NCBI GenBank assembly: GCA_028712665.1
Contig: JAQTRC010000003.1
Location: 12,927 to 76,926 of the forward strand
Source of the DNA: Desulfuromonadaceae bacterium
GTDB taxonomy: Bacteria; Desulfobacterota; Desulfuromonadia; Geobacterales; Pseudopelobacteraceae
Length of the DNA: 64,000 bases
Reading direction: 5' to 3'
Part shown: piece after piece, positions 49,540 through 57,317 of the stretch
Numbering within the stretch: the stretch's first letter is position 1
How the letters are laid out: the number at the start of each line of letters is the position of its first letter
Notes under the pieces: generated by a model
What the model saw: the letters and a program-made list of their open reading frames with translations, nothing else
Databases searched by the model: none
What the model was told of the DNA's origin: nothing
Made by a program: the position numbers and the translations under genes

Positions 49540-49644
49540 ATGATGCAGGAAACACACGAGGAACTGTTGGTGCTGGAAGAGGGCCACGAGGTTGGTGTTG
49601 TAAATTCGTGCTGCTCGGCAGCGCAAAATGCAAAGCTCAAGTAG
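49540..49644 (+). CDS. candidate RiPP precursor peptide (34 aa, not in ORF track)
   Basis: Ribosome-binding site AAGGGGGG ends 5 nt before the ATG. Translation: MMQETHEELLVLEEGHEVGVVNSCCSAAQNAKLK, i.e. an acidic leader-like half and a Cys-Cys core-like half. It is divergent from receptor copy 1 and on the same strand as the rSAM/SPASM gene. Confidence 0.5.
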   Translation: MMQETHEELLVLEEGHEVGVVNSCCSAAQNAKLK

Positions 49645-49653
49645 TCGTCACGA

Positions 49654-49676
49654 CCGGGAGGGCGTGTCCCTCCCGG
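49654..49676 (+). terminator. GC-rich hairpin 10 nt after the peptide stop (possible terminator or stabiliser, no U-tract)
   Basis: CCGGGAGGG, CGTGT, CCCTCCCGG. Confidence 0.4.
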
Positions 49677-49787
49677 CTGCCCCATCGAAATATCCCCGCC
49701 GGTTTATCCGCGACATCCATAATCGTGCCAAAATACAAAATGCACAAAGAAGGTATCAGCATTTCATGGGGGGGGTGAGTATGTTTT

Positions 49788-50093
49788 TTATGCGGCTTTC
49801 ATCGGGTGTTCCTTCAAGTATGTCCGCAGCGCCTCATTCATGCGAGTCTGCCAGCCTTTGCCGGTAGACTTGAAAGTCGTGAGAATATCCCGGTCAAGCC
49901 GAACTGTCTGCAGCTCTTTAACGCCGCTGCCCAGCTTGCGGCCTGATTTGGGCGCCAGCATCCCGTCCGCAACTTCTTTGCCTAAAATCTCATGCAGCAC
50001 TTCCCGTGCAGGCCGGGCATTTTTGAAATCCTCGGCAGTCCATTCCGGGTTTTCGTCATCAATCAAGCATGGATTCGGTTTGGTTGTTGCCAT
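49788..50093 (-). CDS. brnA: BrnA-family antitoxin
   Basis: 101 aa. The C-terminus VRLDRDILTTFKSTGKGWQTRMNEALRTYL matches the BrnA RHH-like pattern. Confidence 0.8.
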   Translation of the reverse strand: MATTKPNPCLIDDENPEWTAEDFKNARPAREVLHEILGKEVADGMLAPKSGRKLGSGVKELQTVRLDRDILTTFKSTGKGWQTRMNEALRTYLKEHPMKAA

Positions 50094-50346
50094 GTTCTTT
50101 TACCTCTCTATTGTTAGCTTTTCTAAGACTTATGACGTGAATCCCGCCGTTTCTGGGAGTTATCACCGCAACATGCAGACGCTCACCAATATAACCAAAA
50201 ACCCTGAAGCGTCTTTCGCCATAATCCTTTCGGGTGTCTTCTCTGACTACGGAATTATCCCAGTCGATACTTGCAAACAGCTCGAAAGAAAGGCCGCGCT
50301 CTTCAATGTTTCTGCTGTTTTTGACTTCATTATAAGTAATCTTCAC
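50059..50346 (-). CDS. brnT: BrnT-family (DUF497) ribonuclease toxin
   Basis: 95 aa. The pattern N..ERGLSFE...DYGERRF...HVISLRKAN is typical of BrnT. Overlaps brnA by 35 nt. Confidence 0.8.
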   Translation of the reverse strand: MKITYNEVKNSRNIEERGLSFELFASIDWDNSVVREDTRKDYGERRFRVFGYIGERLHVAVITPRNGGIHVISLRKANNREVKEHGNNQTESMLD

Positions 50347-50375
50347 AACAATATTTGTAACAACATATTCAACTC

Positions 50376-51740
50376 ATGTCAATGGAGAAAACCCGGGCTG
50401 CAACCCGTTGCAACCCATCATTACCACCGATCGAAAGGGCATCGTCCATGGAACTTACCCACTACCACAAAATCTACCCCATACCTGACAAACCGGGGCG
50501 GCTGCTGCTGGTCGCCACCCGTCGCTGCTCTCTTCTTGAGCTTTCCGAGGCGCTGTGGGACAAGCTCTGCAACGGCGGCGAGCTGACCCAAAAGGAACTG
50601 GAGACTTTTATCCGCCTGGGGGTGCTGGTGGAAAGCCGCGCCGACGAACGGGAAGAGATGCGGGGCACCTTTGACACCATAAACAGCTCAAGCCGACGCT
50701 TTGAGGTGACGGCGGCCCTGACCCTGGAGTGCAATCTGGCCTGCCCCTACTGTTTCGAAGATCCCTTCCGGGGGCGTTTCGTGATGAGCGCGGAGACCGC
50801 CGGCCTTCTGGTGCAGCTCCTCTGCGAGCGGATGTCCGCCGGTCTGGATGTATTGGTGGATTTCTACGGCGGCGAGGCTTTGATGCGGCTCGATCTGCTG
50901 CGGGGGATCGCCGCGCGCTTGAAGGATGCAGCCAGCCTCCACGGAGTAACCTTTGCCTTCAACCTCTTCTCCAACGGTGTCCTGCTGACCCGCAACGTGG
51001 TGGAGGAACTGCTGCCGCTGGGGCTGGCGGCGGTGCGGACAACCCTGGACGGCCCCCCCGACATCCACGACGCCCAGCGTCCGTTCGTCTCCGGCAAGGG
51101 GAGTTTTGACGTTATCCTGAAAAACCTGGTCTCGGTGCATGATATAGTGGCGCTGGATCTTGGGGGGAACTACACCTGCGAGAATTACCGCCGCTTCCCC
51201 GAGCTGCTGGATATCATGTTGGAGGCGGGAATCGACCCAGCACGGCTGAAAGGGGTCGATTTTTCGCCGGTCATGCCGAAGGCGGACGGCAGCGTGTCCG
51301 GCGATTTCGGTTCCGCCTGCGCATGTACGGGAGAGGCATGGGTAATTGAGGCCAACCTGTTTCTGCGGGATGAAATCATCCGGCGTGGCTTCCCGACTTC
51401 AAAGCTTCAGGCGAGCGCCTGCATGATCGAGTTCGCCAACGATATCGTGGTGGGATATGATGGTTCGTTCTATAAATGCCCGGTGTTCATGGGAGACCAG
51501 GAGATGCGGGTAGGGAGTCTGGCCGAGGGGATAGGCGACTACCGCCAATCCCACAACATGGACGTCTGGAAGAGCGACGAATGCCTGGAGTGCGCCTATC
51601 TGCCGCTCTGCTTCGGCGGCTGCCGATTCTTTCGCAAGTTGAAGAGCGGAGCGATCGATGGTGTTGACTGTCGCCGAACGATGCTGGACGCCTCGCTGGA
51701 GCGGATCGTCCGGCAGGATCTGTCGTTGAAGCGGCAGTAG
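50376..51740 (+). CDS. radical SAM/SPASM-domain peptide maturase
   Basis: CNLACPYC (CX3CX2C). SPASM motifs CX13GX4C (CMIEFANDIVVGYDGSFYKC) and CX2CX5CX3C (CLECAYLPLCFGGC). About 70 aa of RRE/PqqD-like N-terminal domain. The likely true start is the ATG at 50448 (MELTHYHKIYP). Confidence 0.88.
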   Translation: MSMEKTRAATRCNPSLPPIERASSMELTHYHKIYPIPDKPGRLLLVATRRCSLLELSEALWDKLCNGGELTQKELETFIRLGVLVESRADEREEMRGTFDTINSSSRRFEVTAALTLECNLACPYCFEDPFRGRFVMSAETAGLLVQLLCERMSAGLDVLVDFYGGEALMRLDLLRGIAARLKDAASLHGVTFAFNLFSNGVLLTRNVVEELLPLGLAAVRTTLDGPPDIHDAQRPFVSGKGSFDVILKNLVSVHDIVALDLGGNYTCENYRRFPELLDIMLEAGIDPARLKGVDFSPVMPKADGSVSGDFGSACACTGEAWVIEANLFLRDEIIRRGFPTSKLQASACMIEFANDIVVGYDGSFYKCPVFMGDQEMRVGSLAEGIGDYRQSHNMDVWKSDECLECAYLPLCFGGCRFFRKLKSGAIDGVDCRRTMLDASLERIVRQDLSLKRQ

Positions 51741-51877
51741 TTTGTTCAGCGATTCCCTTATAGAAGAATTCCATCTCTGGCCGGTTGTCCGGAGCGCTCG
51801 TTCCCGGGATTCTACATTTGTATGACTTTAACGAATTGGTATCATGGCCTGATTGCCCGCTGCAACTAAAAACCACC

Positions 51878-52735
51878 CTACTCGACTGATTGCCGGAGGC
51901 GCTTCAATACAACGGGATTACCTTTGGGCATTATGTTTTTTGGAAAAGCAAGCGGTCTGCTGCCGATAGGATCGTCCTCAAAAATTGCCGAGATCAGGGC
52001 GTTGGCCTGACGCCCCAGGCCGATTCGGTCTATTTCTAGCACGGCAGCTGCGCCAAGTTCCAGATAAGTTGCTGCAAAGGATACCACCGGCACACCCAGA
52101 TCCTGACCGAATCGGAAATAGGCCTCGGTTGTTTCCCGGGTAATGGCGGTAGTGTCAGGGATCATCCAGAGCGCATCCACTTTGTCCGCCAGGGAAGAGA
52201 TTTGGGCCAGCGTCTCGGATGATCTTGAGACCTCGCGGGTCACCAGTGTTATTCCGGCCGCCTGTGCCGCATTTTGAGCAAGCCGCAGGTACCAGCCGCT
52301 TTTGGCTGGATCGTAGATAAGGCCAACCCGCCTGGCTTTCATGCTCTTGAAAATGCTGATGTAGCGTTCCGGCGAAACGAACATACCGATGCCGGTCAGA
52401 TTGGAACGTGAAGACTTTTTGTCATGAATTCCGAGCGCCATAAGAGCGACCACCGGGATATGCTGTACCTTGCAGGCCTCTTTCAAGGCGGCGTCCCCCA
52501 AGGCCAGGATTAGCCTGGGGCGATCCTCGCGCACAATCCTGGATACGTCCAGATAGGAGTAATCGGAGAGCACCATCAGGCGGTAGCTGGCACTGTTCCC
52601 GGCACGGAAGCCTTTCAGCGCCTCCTCGTAACCGGTGTCGCGCCGACTCTGCAGCACCAGCACGTCGTAAGCCTGGGCAATGGTGGGGAGCAGGGTCGCC
52701 ATGGCGAGTATGATATAGATTAAGAGGGCTCGCAT
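51878..52735 (-). CDS. orphan periplasmic binding protein, ABC_sub_bind-like, copy 2
   Basis: The ATG at 52735 gives MRALLIYIILAMATLLPTIAQA, a signal peptide, with the same 1-nt TGATG overlap as copy 1. Collinear with copy 1 along the whole length, roughly two-thirds identical by eye. Confidence 0.75.
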   Translation of the reverse strand: MRALLIYIILAMATLLPTIAQAYDVLVLQSRRDTGYEEALKGFRAGNSASYRLMVLSDYSYLDVSRIVREDRPRLILALGDAALKEACKVQHIPVVALMALGIHDKKSSRSNLTGIGMFVSPERYISIFKSMKARRVGLIYDPAKSGWYLRLAQNAAQAAGITLVTREVSRSSETLAQISSLADKVDALWMIPDTTAITRETTEAYFRFGQDLGVPVVSFAATYLELGAAAVLEIDRIGLGRQANALISAIFEDDPIGSRPLAFPKNIMPKGNPVVLKRLRQSVE

Positions 52736-54606
52736 CAGAACTTCACCCTTAATCCGCCTTCGAACCATCGGGGAGCATTTACGCGGTAATCATCTGTGTA
52801 TTGAGCGTTATTGAAGAGATTGCGCCCGGAGAAAAACAGTTCCGACTCCACGCCTGCGCAATTTGGGAGCTTTTGCGAGATGTGAAGATCCCACTCCATC
52901 TGCCTGTCGTGGACGCTGTTCCCGGCATCGGACGGCCAGTTGACATGCGAACCGGTAATGTTTGCCTGAAACCCTCTCCTGACATTGTCATAGTGGAGGG
53001 CAATCCTTGTGGAACTGATCGGGATATACGGAATGCGGAGATCGGTTTTTTTGTCCCGAACGTCACTGTAAGTGTAGCCTGCTCTAAGGGAGAAGTCATA
53101 AAAGGGGACTGTGCGCCCTTCGATTTCAAATCCCCGTCTTACCTCCTTGGTTTCGGCGCTGCCAATCGCTGACATAGGGTAGTCCGACGGGACAACGAAG
53201 CTCTGAATGTTCCAGGTGTAACTGTAAAAGAGAGTCCCTTTCAGCCAGAGCAACGGGATGTCACTGGTTTCAATCCCGGACTGCAAGGTAAAGATATTCT
53301 GCAGGCTGTCCTTAAAGTTAGTCATGGGGAGGCTGTATCCCCTCGCAGCATAGGCACGGAGCAGAGTCTTCTCCGTAAACTGCCAGGTTGCCCCAAGATG
53401 GTAACTGGTTGCAACTTGTTCATTATCTCCGATATGGTCTAACCGTACCCCCGTCAGCAAGGTCAGATCGCCGATGGAATAGCTTCCATTAACATATGTC
53501 CCGTAGCGATTCATGTCCCGGTTGAAATTCATGTAGGAAAATCCGAGTAGCGGTTCACTGACGGAGACTTTGTCATGCAGATACTCAAACCCGGCAGCCA
53601 GATTGGTTCTGCGGTCTCCCCAGGTGAGTTTGGCGGCAACCTGTTCCGAATCGGTCCGATTCTTTGCATCAACTATCGTGATGGCTTCAGACATGATGTA
53701 CTTTCGCCAGATATCTTTCCTCATTACAGAAGAAAAGAGTTCCAGGTTGAGCCGGTCATTTATCGGGTATTCGAATCTAAGATACGCGGACGCATAGCGT
53801 GAACCGGTCGGAACAAGAGTATCAGGCATTATAGACGCATTATCGTAACCATAGTTGAACTCCCTGTCGCGGTAGTCGGCGGCAAATGTCAGCCTCCCCT
53901 TGTTAGGCAAGTCATAGGTTAACTTGCCAATGCCGTGATTAAGGGTAACCATGTTCCCCGGACGCAACCCGTTGGAGTTGAAACGACCGCCATCTATATA
54001 ATAACCCAGCCTCCCCTTTTTACCGCTTACTCCGCCACGCAGATCCGAAGTTCCGAGATCCCCGTAAGAGGCCGAAGCGATCCCTTTCAGATTTGCGTTC
54101 TCCGGATCACGCGTGATAACATTTACCGCACCTCCAAGCGCCGGGCCCCAGGCGACAGACGCAGCACCCTTGACAATCTCGATCCGTTCTATCCGCTGGA
54201 CCGGGATCATCCCGAGATCGGGGCTGTCATCCACCCCGAAGAGGTTCTGTGGAACACCATCGATCAGAAGCAGAACCTGATTGTTCATCGCGCCGTTAAT
54301 TGTAAATGCTACCGCACTACCCGGCGTCCTCATCTGGAAAAGCTGGATACCGGAGACCGTCTGCAGCACCTCATCCAGGGTATGGGCATTTATGCGGGCT
54401 ATGTCGTCCGCTGTGATTACCGTGACGTTTTCGGCGATTAAAGACGCGGGGCGGGGGATTTTGTAAGAAGGAATGTTTGTATCTTTACCATCACCGTCAA
54501 GGCCAAGGGCGCTTTCCACGGCATTATCTTCTCCCCGGGCCGGAAAAGCAGTCAATGCCGGGCAGAGCAGCAGAAACAACAGCAGCAGCCTTGTGGGAAA
54601 TCTCAT
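52735..54606 (-). CDS. TonB-dependent outer-membrane receptor, copy 2
   Basis: About 623 aa from the ATG at 54606 (the ORF track uses TTG at 54612). Signal peptide, plug (ENVTVIT...IERIEIVKGAASVAWG), barrel and terminal Phe. Confidence 0.9.
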   Translation of the reverse strand: MRFPTRLLLLFLLLCPALTAFPARGEDNAVESALGLDGDGKDTNIPSYKIPRPASLIAENVTVITADDIARINAHTLDEVLQTVSGIQLFQMRTPGSAVAFTINGAMNNQVLLLIDGVPQNLFGVDDSPDLGMIPVQRIERIEIVKGAASVAWGPALGGAVNVITRDPENANLKGIASASYGDLGTSDLRGGVSGKKGRLGYYIDGGRFNSNGLRPGNMVTLNHGIGKLTYDLPNKGRLTFAADYRDREFNYGYDNASIMPDTLVPTGSRYASAYLRFEYPINDRLNLELFSSVMRKDIWRKYIMSEAITIVDAKNRTDSEQVAAKLTWGDRRTNLAAGFEYLHDKVSVSEPLLGFSYMNFNRDMNRYGTYVNGSYSIGDLTLLTGVRLDHIGDNEQVATSYHLGATWQFTEKTLLRAYAARGYSLPMTNFKDSLQNIFTLQSGIETSDIPLLWLKGTLFYSYTWNIQSFVVPSDYPMSAIGSAETKEVRRGFEIEGRTVPFYDFSLRAGYTYSDVRDKKTDLRIPYIPISSTRIALHYDNVRRGFQANITGSHVNWPSDAGNSVHDRQMEWDLHISQKLPNCAGVESELFFSGRNLFNNAQYTDDYRVNAPRWFEGGLRVKF

Positions 54607-54772
54607 CTGCAAGGAAAAACCTCTAAGTTTTGATTACTTGATTGATATGACCTAACACAACTGGTGGCAAGTTGTCCAGTGCATATGATATTATTCAAAA
54701 AATTGGTGCTACTGCTGCGTAAAGAATATAATGGCGATACTAATCTTTCTGCAAGCATGATATATAATCCTG

Positions 54773-54895
54773 GAAGTCAGGAGCCGGAATTTGAGGAGTC
54801 AGAATAAACAGGGCAGCAACTAAGATATTTATGGCACAAAAACAGTGGAATTGTAGCAGCGGCCCCATCTTTTCTTCTGACTTCTGACTTCTGAA
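54773..54895. repeat. heptamer-repeat inverted arms (GAAGTCAG / GAGTCAGAA versus TTCTGAC x3)
   Basis: TTCTGAC TTCTGAC TTCTGAA at 54875..54895. Complementary GAAGTCAG and GAGTCAGAA lie at 54773..54804. Confidence 0.55.
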
Positions 54896-54917
54896 TACAT
54901 TTACAATGGAGTTTGTC

Positions 54918-55865
54918 ATGAACAAAACCGCCGTGCTGCTGCTCCAGATGGGGGGGCCGGATTCGCTCGACGCCATAGAGCCTTTTCTGTTTAATCTCTT
55001 CTCCGACCGGGATATCATCCGGATCGGACCGGCTTTTCTGCAACCGCTGATCGCACGTTTCATCTCCCGCCGCCGCAGTGATAAAGTCAAAAAATATTAC
55101 AGTCAGATCGGCGGCAGATCCCCAATCCGTGAGCTTACCGAGCAACAGGCCGCCGAGTTGGAGAAAGTTCTGGGTGATGGCTATCGTTGTTTCGTGGCTA
55201 TGCGATATTCCAGGCCCGATACAAGCGAAGCCTTGGCCTCCATACGACGTGAAGGGATCAGCAAGGTAATTGTCCTCTCGCTTTACCCGCATTTCTCCAG
55301 GGCGACTACAGGCTCCAGTATAAATGAACTGGAGCGGGTTCTGGCTCGATCTAATACTAAAACTGACCTGACCTACATACGCCACTATTACGACCACCCC
55401 GCCTATATCGCTGCCCTGTCAGAAAAAATCGAGCGGGGGTTGGCCGGCTTTGCCGATCGCAGCAAAGTTCCGCTTCTCTTCTCGGCCCATGGATTGCCGC
55501 AATCATTCATCGACTCGGGCGATCCCTACCTCGATCATATCCGGACCACCGTGCGATTGACCATGGAGAACTTTGGCGGTGTCTCGCACCACATCTCCTT
55601 CCAATCCCGCGCCGGTCCGGTCAAGTGGCTGGAGCCATCCACCGAAGCCAAAATAGCCGAGCTGGCCGCTGCCGGCTGCAAACAACTACTGATGGTGCCA
55701 ATCTCTTTTGTCTCGGACCATATCGAAACGCTCTACGAAATTGATATTCAATACCGTGACGAGGCTGCGGCTCTCGGCGTTACCGATTTTCGGCGCACCG
55801 AAGCTCTTAACAGCTCACCGGCCTTTATTTCCTGCCTGGCGGGACTGGTTCGCCCGGCGCAATAA
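54918..55865 (+). CDS. hemH: ferrochelatase
   Basis: The ATG at 54918 gives [14 protein letters not shown]. Motifs SAHGLP and FVSDHIETL. Confidence 0.93.
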   Translation: MNKTAVLLLQMGGPDSLDAIEPFLFNLFSDRDIIRIGPAFLQPLIARFISRRRSDKVKKYYSQIGGRSPIRELTEQQAAELEKVLGDGYRCFVAMRYSRPDTSEALASIRREGISKVIVLSLYPHFSRATTGSSINELERVLARSNTKTDLTYIRHYYDHPAYIAALSEKIERGLAGFADRSKVPLLFSAHGLPQSFIDSGDPYLDHIRTTVRLTMENFGGVSHHISFQSRAGPVKWLEPSTEAKIAELAAAGCKQLLMVPISFVSDHIETLYEIDIQYRDEAAALGVTDFRRTEALNSSPAFISCLAGLVRPAQ

Positions 55866-55950
55866 AATATTTTTCGGCGGTTGGACATTATAAATGGAGG
55901 GGTGCAATGGCGGTTCCTGCGGCAGCAGTTAGTACCGGTTTTCACCCCGG

Positions 55951-55979
55951 TTGATTTCAGATCTGTTTTGTCGTATAGT
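55951..55979 (+). promoter_or_regulatory. candidate sigma70 promoter for the cyclophilin gene
   Basis: TTGATT, 17 nt, TATAGT, about 40 nt before the ATG at 56019. Confidence 0.5.
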
Positions 55980-56018
55980 CGCCCCCTCTTTTTGTACCGA
56001 CACTATCTGGAGGATGTC

Positions 56019-56609
56019 ATGCTGAAAAAACTGTTGTTTGCCGTCCTGGCGTTATTACTGGCAACCGGAATCGCCTTCGCAGAAGAGAATATTAATCCTG
56101 TTGTAAATATGGATACTTTAGTCATTATGGAGACTACTCTGGGTAATATCAAAATTGAACTCTTCGATAAGGAAGCCCCGATAAGCGTCAGAAACTTTCT
56201 GGAGTACTCCAAAAACGGTTTTTACAACGACACTATATTCCACCGTGTCATCCCCGGTTTCATGGTTCAGGGTGGTGGATTTACTTCGGATCGCAAACAG
56301 AAGCCGACCAGGGGCCCCATCAAGAACGAGGCTGCCAACGGTCTCAAGAACGACCGCGGCACAGTTGCAATGGCCAGAACTCCTTTCCCTGACAGCGCCA
56401 CATCCCAGTTTTTTATCAATGTTGTGAATAATAAAATGCTTAATCGCCCTAATCCTGACGGCGCCGGATATGCCGTTTTTGGAAAAGTTGTCGAAGGAAT
56501 GGACGTGGTCGACAAAATCGTCAATCTCAAGACACGGAATATGGGCGCGGGTTTCCAGAACTGGCCGGAAACTCCGGTCTTCATCAGGTTGGTCAAGGTT
56601 TTAAAATAG
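56019..56609 (+). CDS. periplasmic cyclophilin-type peptidyl-prolyl isomerase
   Basis: The ATG at 56019 (GGAGGA ribosome-binding site) gives a signal peptide MLKKLLFAVLALLLATGIAFA. Motifs FHRVIPGFMVQGG and SQFFIN. Confidence 0.92.
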   Translation: MLKKLLFAVLALLLATGIAFAEENINPVVNMDTLVIMETTLGNIKIELFDKEAPISVRNFLEYSKNGFYNDTIFHRVIPGFMVQGGGFTSDRKQKPTRGPIKNEAANGLKNDRGTVAMARTPFPDSATSQFFINVVNNKMLNRPNPDGAGYAVFGKVVEGMDVVDKIVNLKTRNMGAGFQNWPETPVFIRLVKVLK

Positions 56610-56627
56610 AGGCGTACCGGAGGTTTT

Positions 56628-57281
56628 ATGAGCTTGACTGAAGAACTCGTCTGCTGGTCTCACGAGCAGAAATGCAGGAAAGCGGTTGAATCGTTGTGCA
56701 ATCACGGTTTTACCGCTCTGTTCTGTCCAACTCCCCAGGATGCCGCCGATTATATCATCGCCACGGCGGCGGATTCCGGGACTGTCGGCTTTGGCGGTTC
56801 AATGTCCGTAGCCGGTCTGGGAGTTGAGGCGCGCCTGAAGGAACTTGGCAAGGAGATACTGAACCACGGCAACCCTGGCCTGACCATCGAGCAGCGACTT
56901 GAGATCATGCGCCGCCAACTGACCTGCGACCTCTTCCTGTCCGGCTGTAATGCAGTGACTTTGAATGGGGAGTTGATCAATATCGATGCAACCGGCAACC
57001 GGGTGGCATCAATGTTCTTCGGTCCGCGCAGGGTGATAGTTGTCGCCGGGCGGAATAAACTTGTGGATGGCACTGTCCAGGATGCCATCGTCCGTGTCAA
57101 GAGTTGGGCCACCCCTCCCAACTCCAAGAGACTCGGTTTCAAAACCCCCTGTGCCAGCACCGGCTTTTGCAACGATTGCAACTCACCCGAAAGGCTCTGC
57201 CGGGTAACTACCATAATCGATCGCAAGCCCCGTTTTACTGATGTTAGAGTGCTGGTGGTCAATGCCGATATGGGTTTTTAG
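56628..57281 (+). CDS. LUD-domain (LutC/YkgG-like, DUF162) protein
   Basis: 217 aa with a G-rich nucleotide-like motif GFGGSMS and a C-terminal Cys cluster CASTGFCNDCNSPERLC. Confidence 0.6.
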   Translation: MSLTEELVCWSHEQKCRKAVESLCNHGFTALFCPTPQDAADYIIATAADSGTVGFGGSMSVAGLGVEARLKELGKEILNHGNPGLTIEQRLEIMRRQLTCDLFLSGCNAVTLNGELINIDATGNRVASMFFGPRRVIVVAGRNKLVDGTVQDAIVRVKSWATPPNSKRLGFKTPCASTGFCNDCNSPERLCRVTTIIDRKPRFTDVRVLVVNADMGF

Positions 57282-57317
57282 TATTATGAGCCTGCTCCCT
57301 GACATTTAACCCAGTTT

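Noticed and set aside
49506-49778. 90-aa ORF in the track covering the peptide region in another frame.
   Set aside because: It has no ribosome-binding site and an Arg/Gly/Cys-rich composition. It also runs through the terminator-like hairpin. The 34-codon ORF in the other frame has a strong ribosome-binding site and a sensible stop/hairpin arrangement.
54831-54887. 18-codon ORF MAQKQWNCSSGPIFSSDF upstream of receptor copy 2, considered as a second precursor peptide.
   Set aside because: It has no ribosome-binding site. Its 3' half is simply the TTCTGAC heptamer repeat, and it has no similarity to the 49540 peptide.
47616-54900. Cobalamin riboswitch or Fur box upstream of the two BtuB-sized TonB-dependent receptors.
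   Set aside because: I read the minus-strand leaders (49452..49540 and 54607..54900). I found no B12 box (AGCCAGGAnACCUGCC type), no GCCACUG element, and no convincing 19-bp Fur palindrome.
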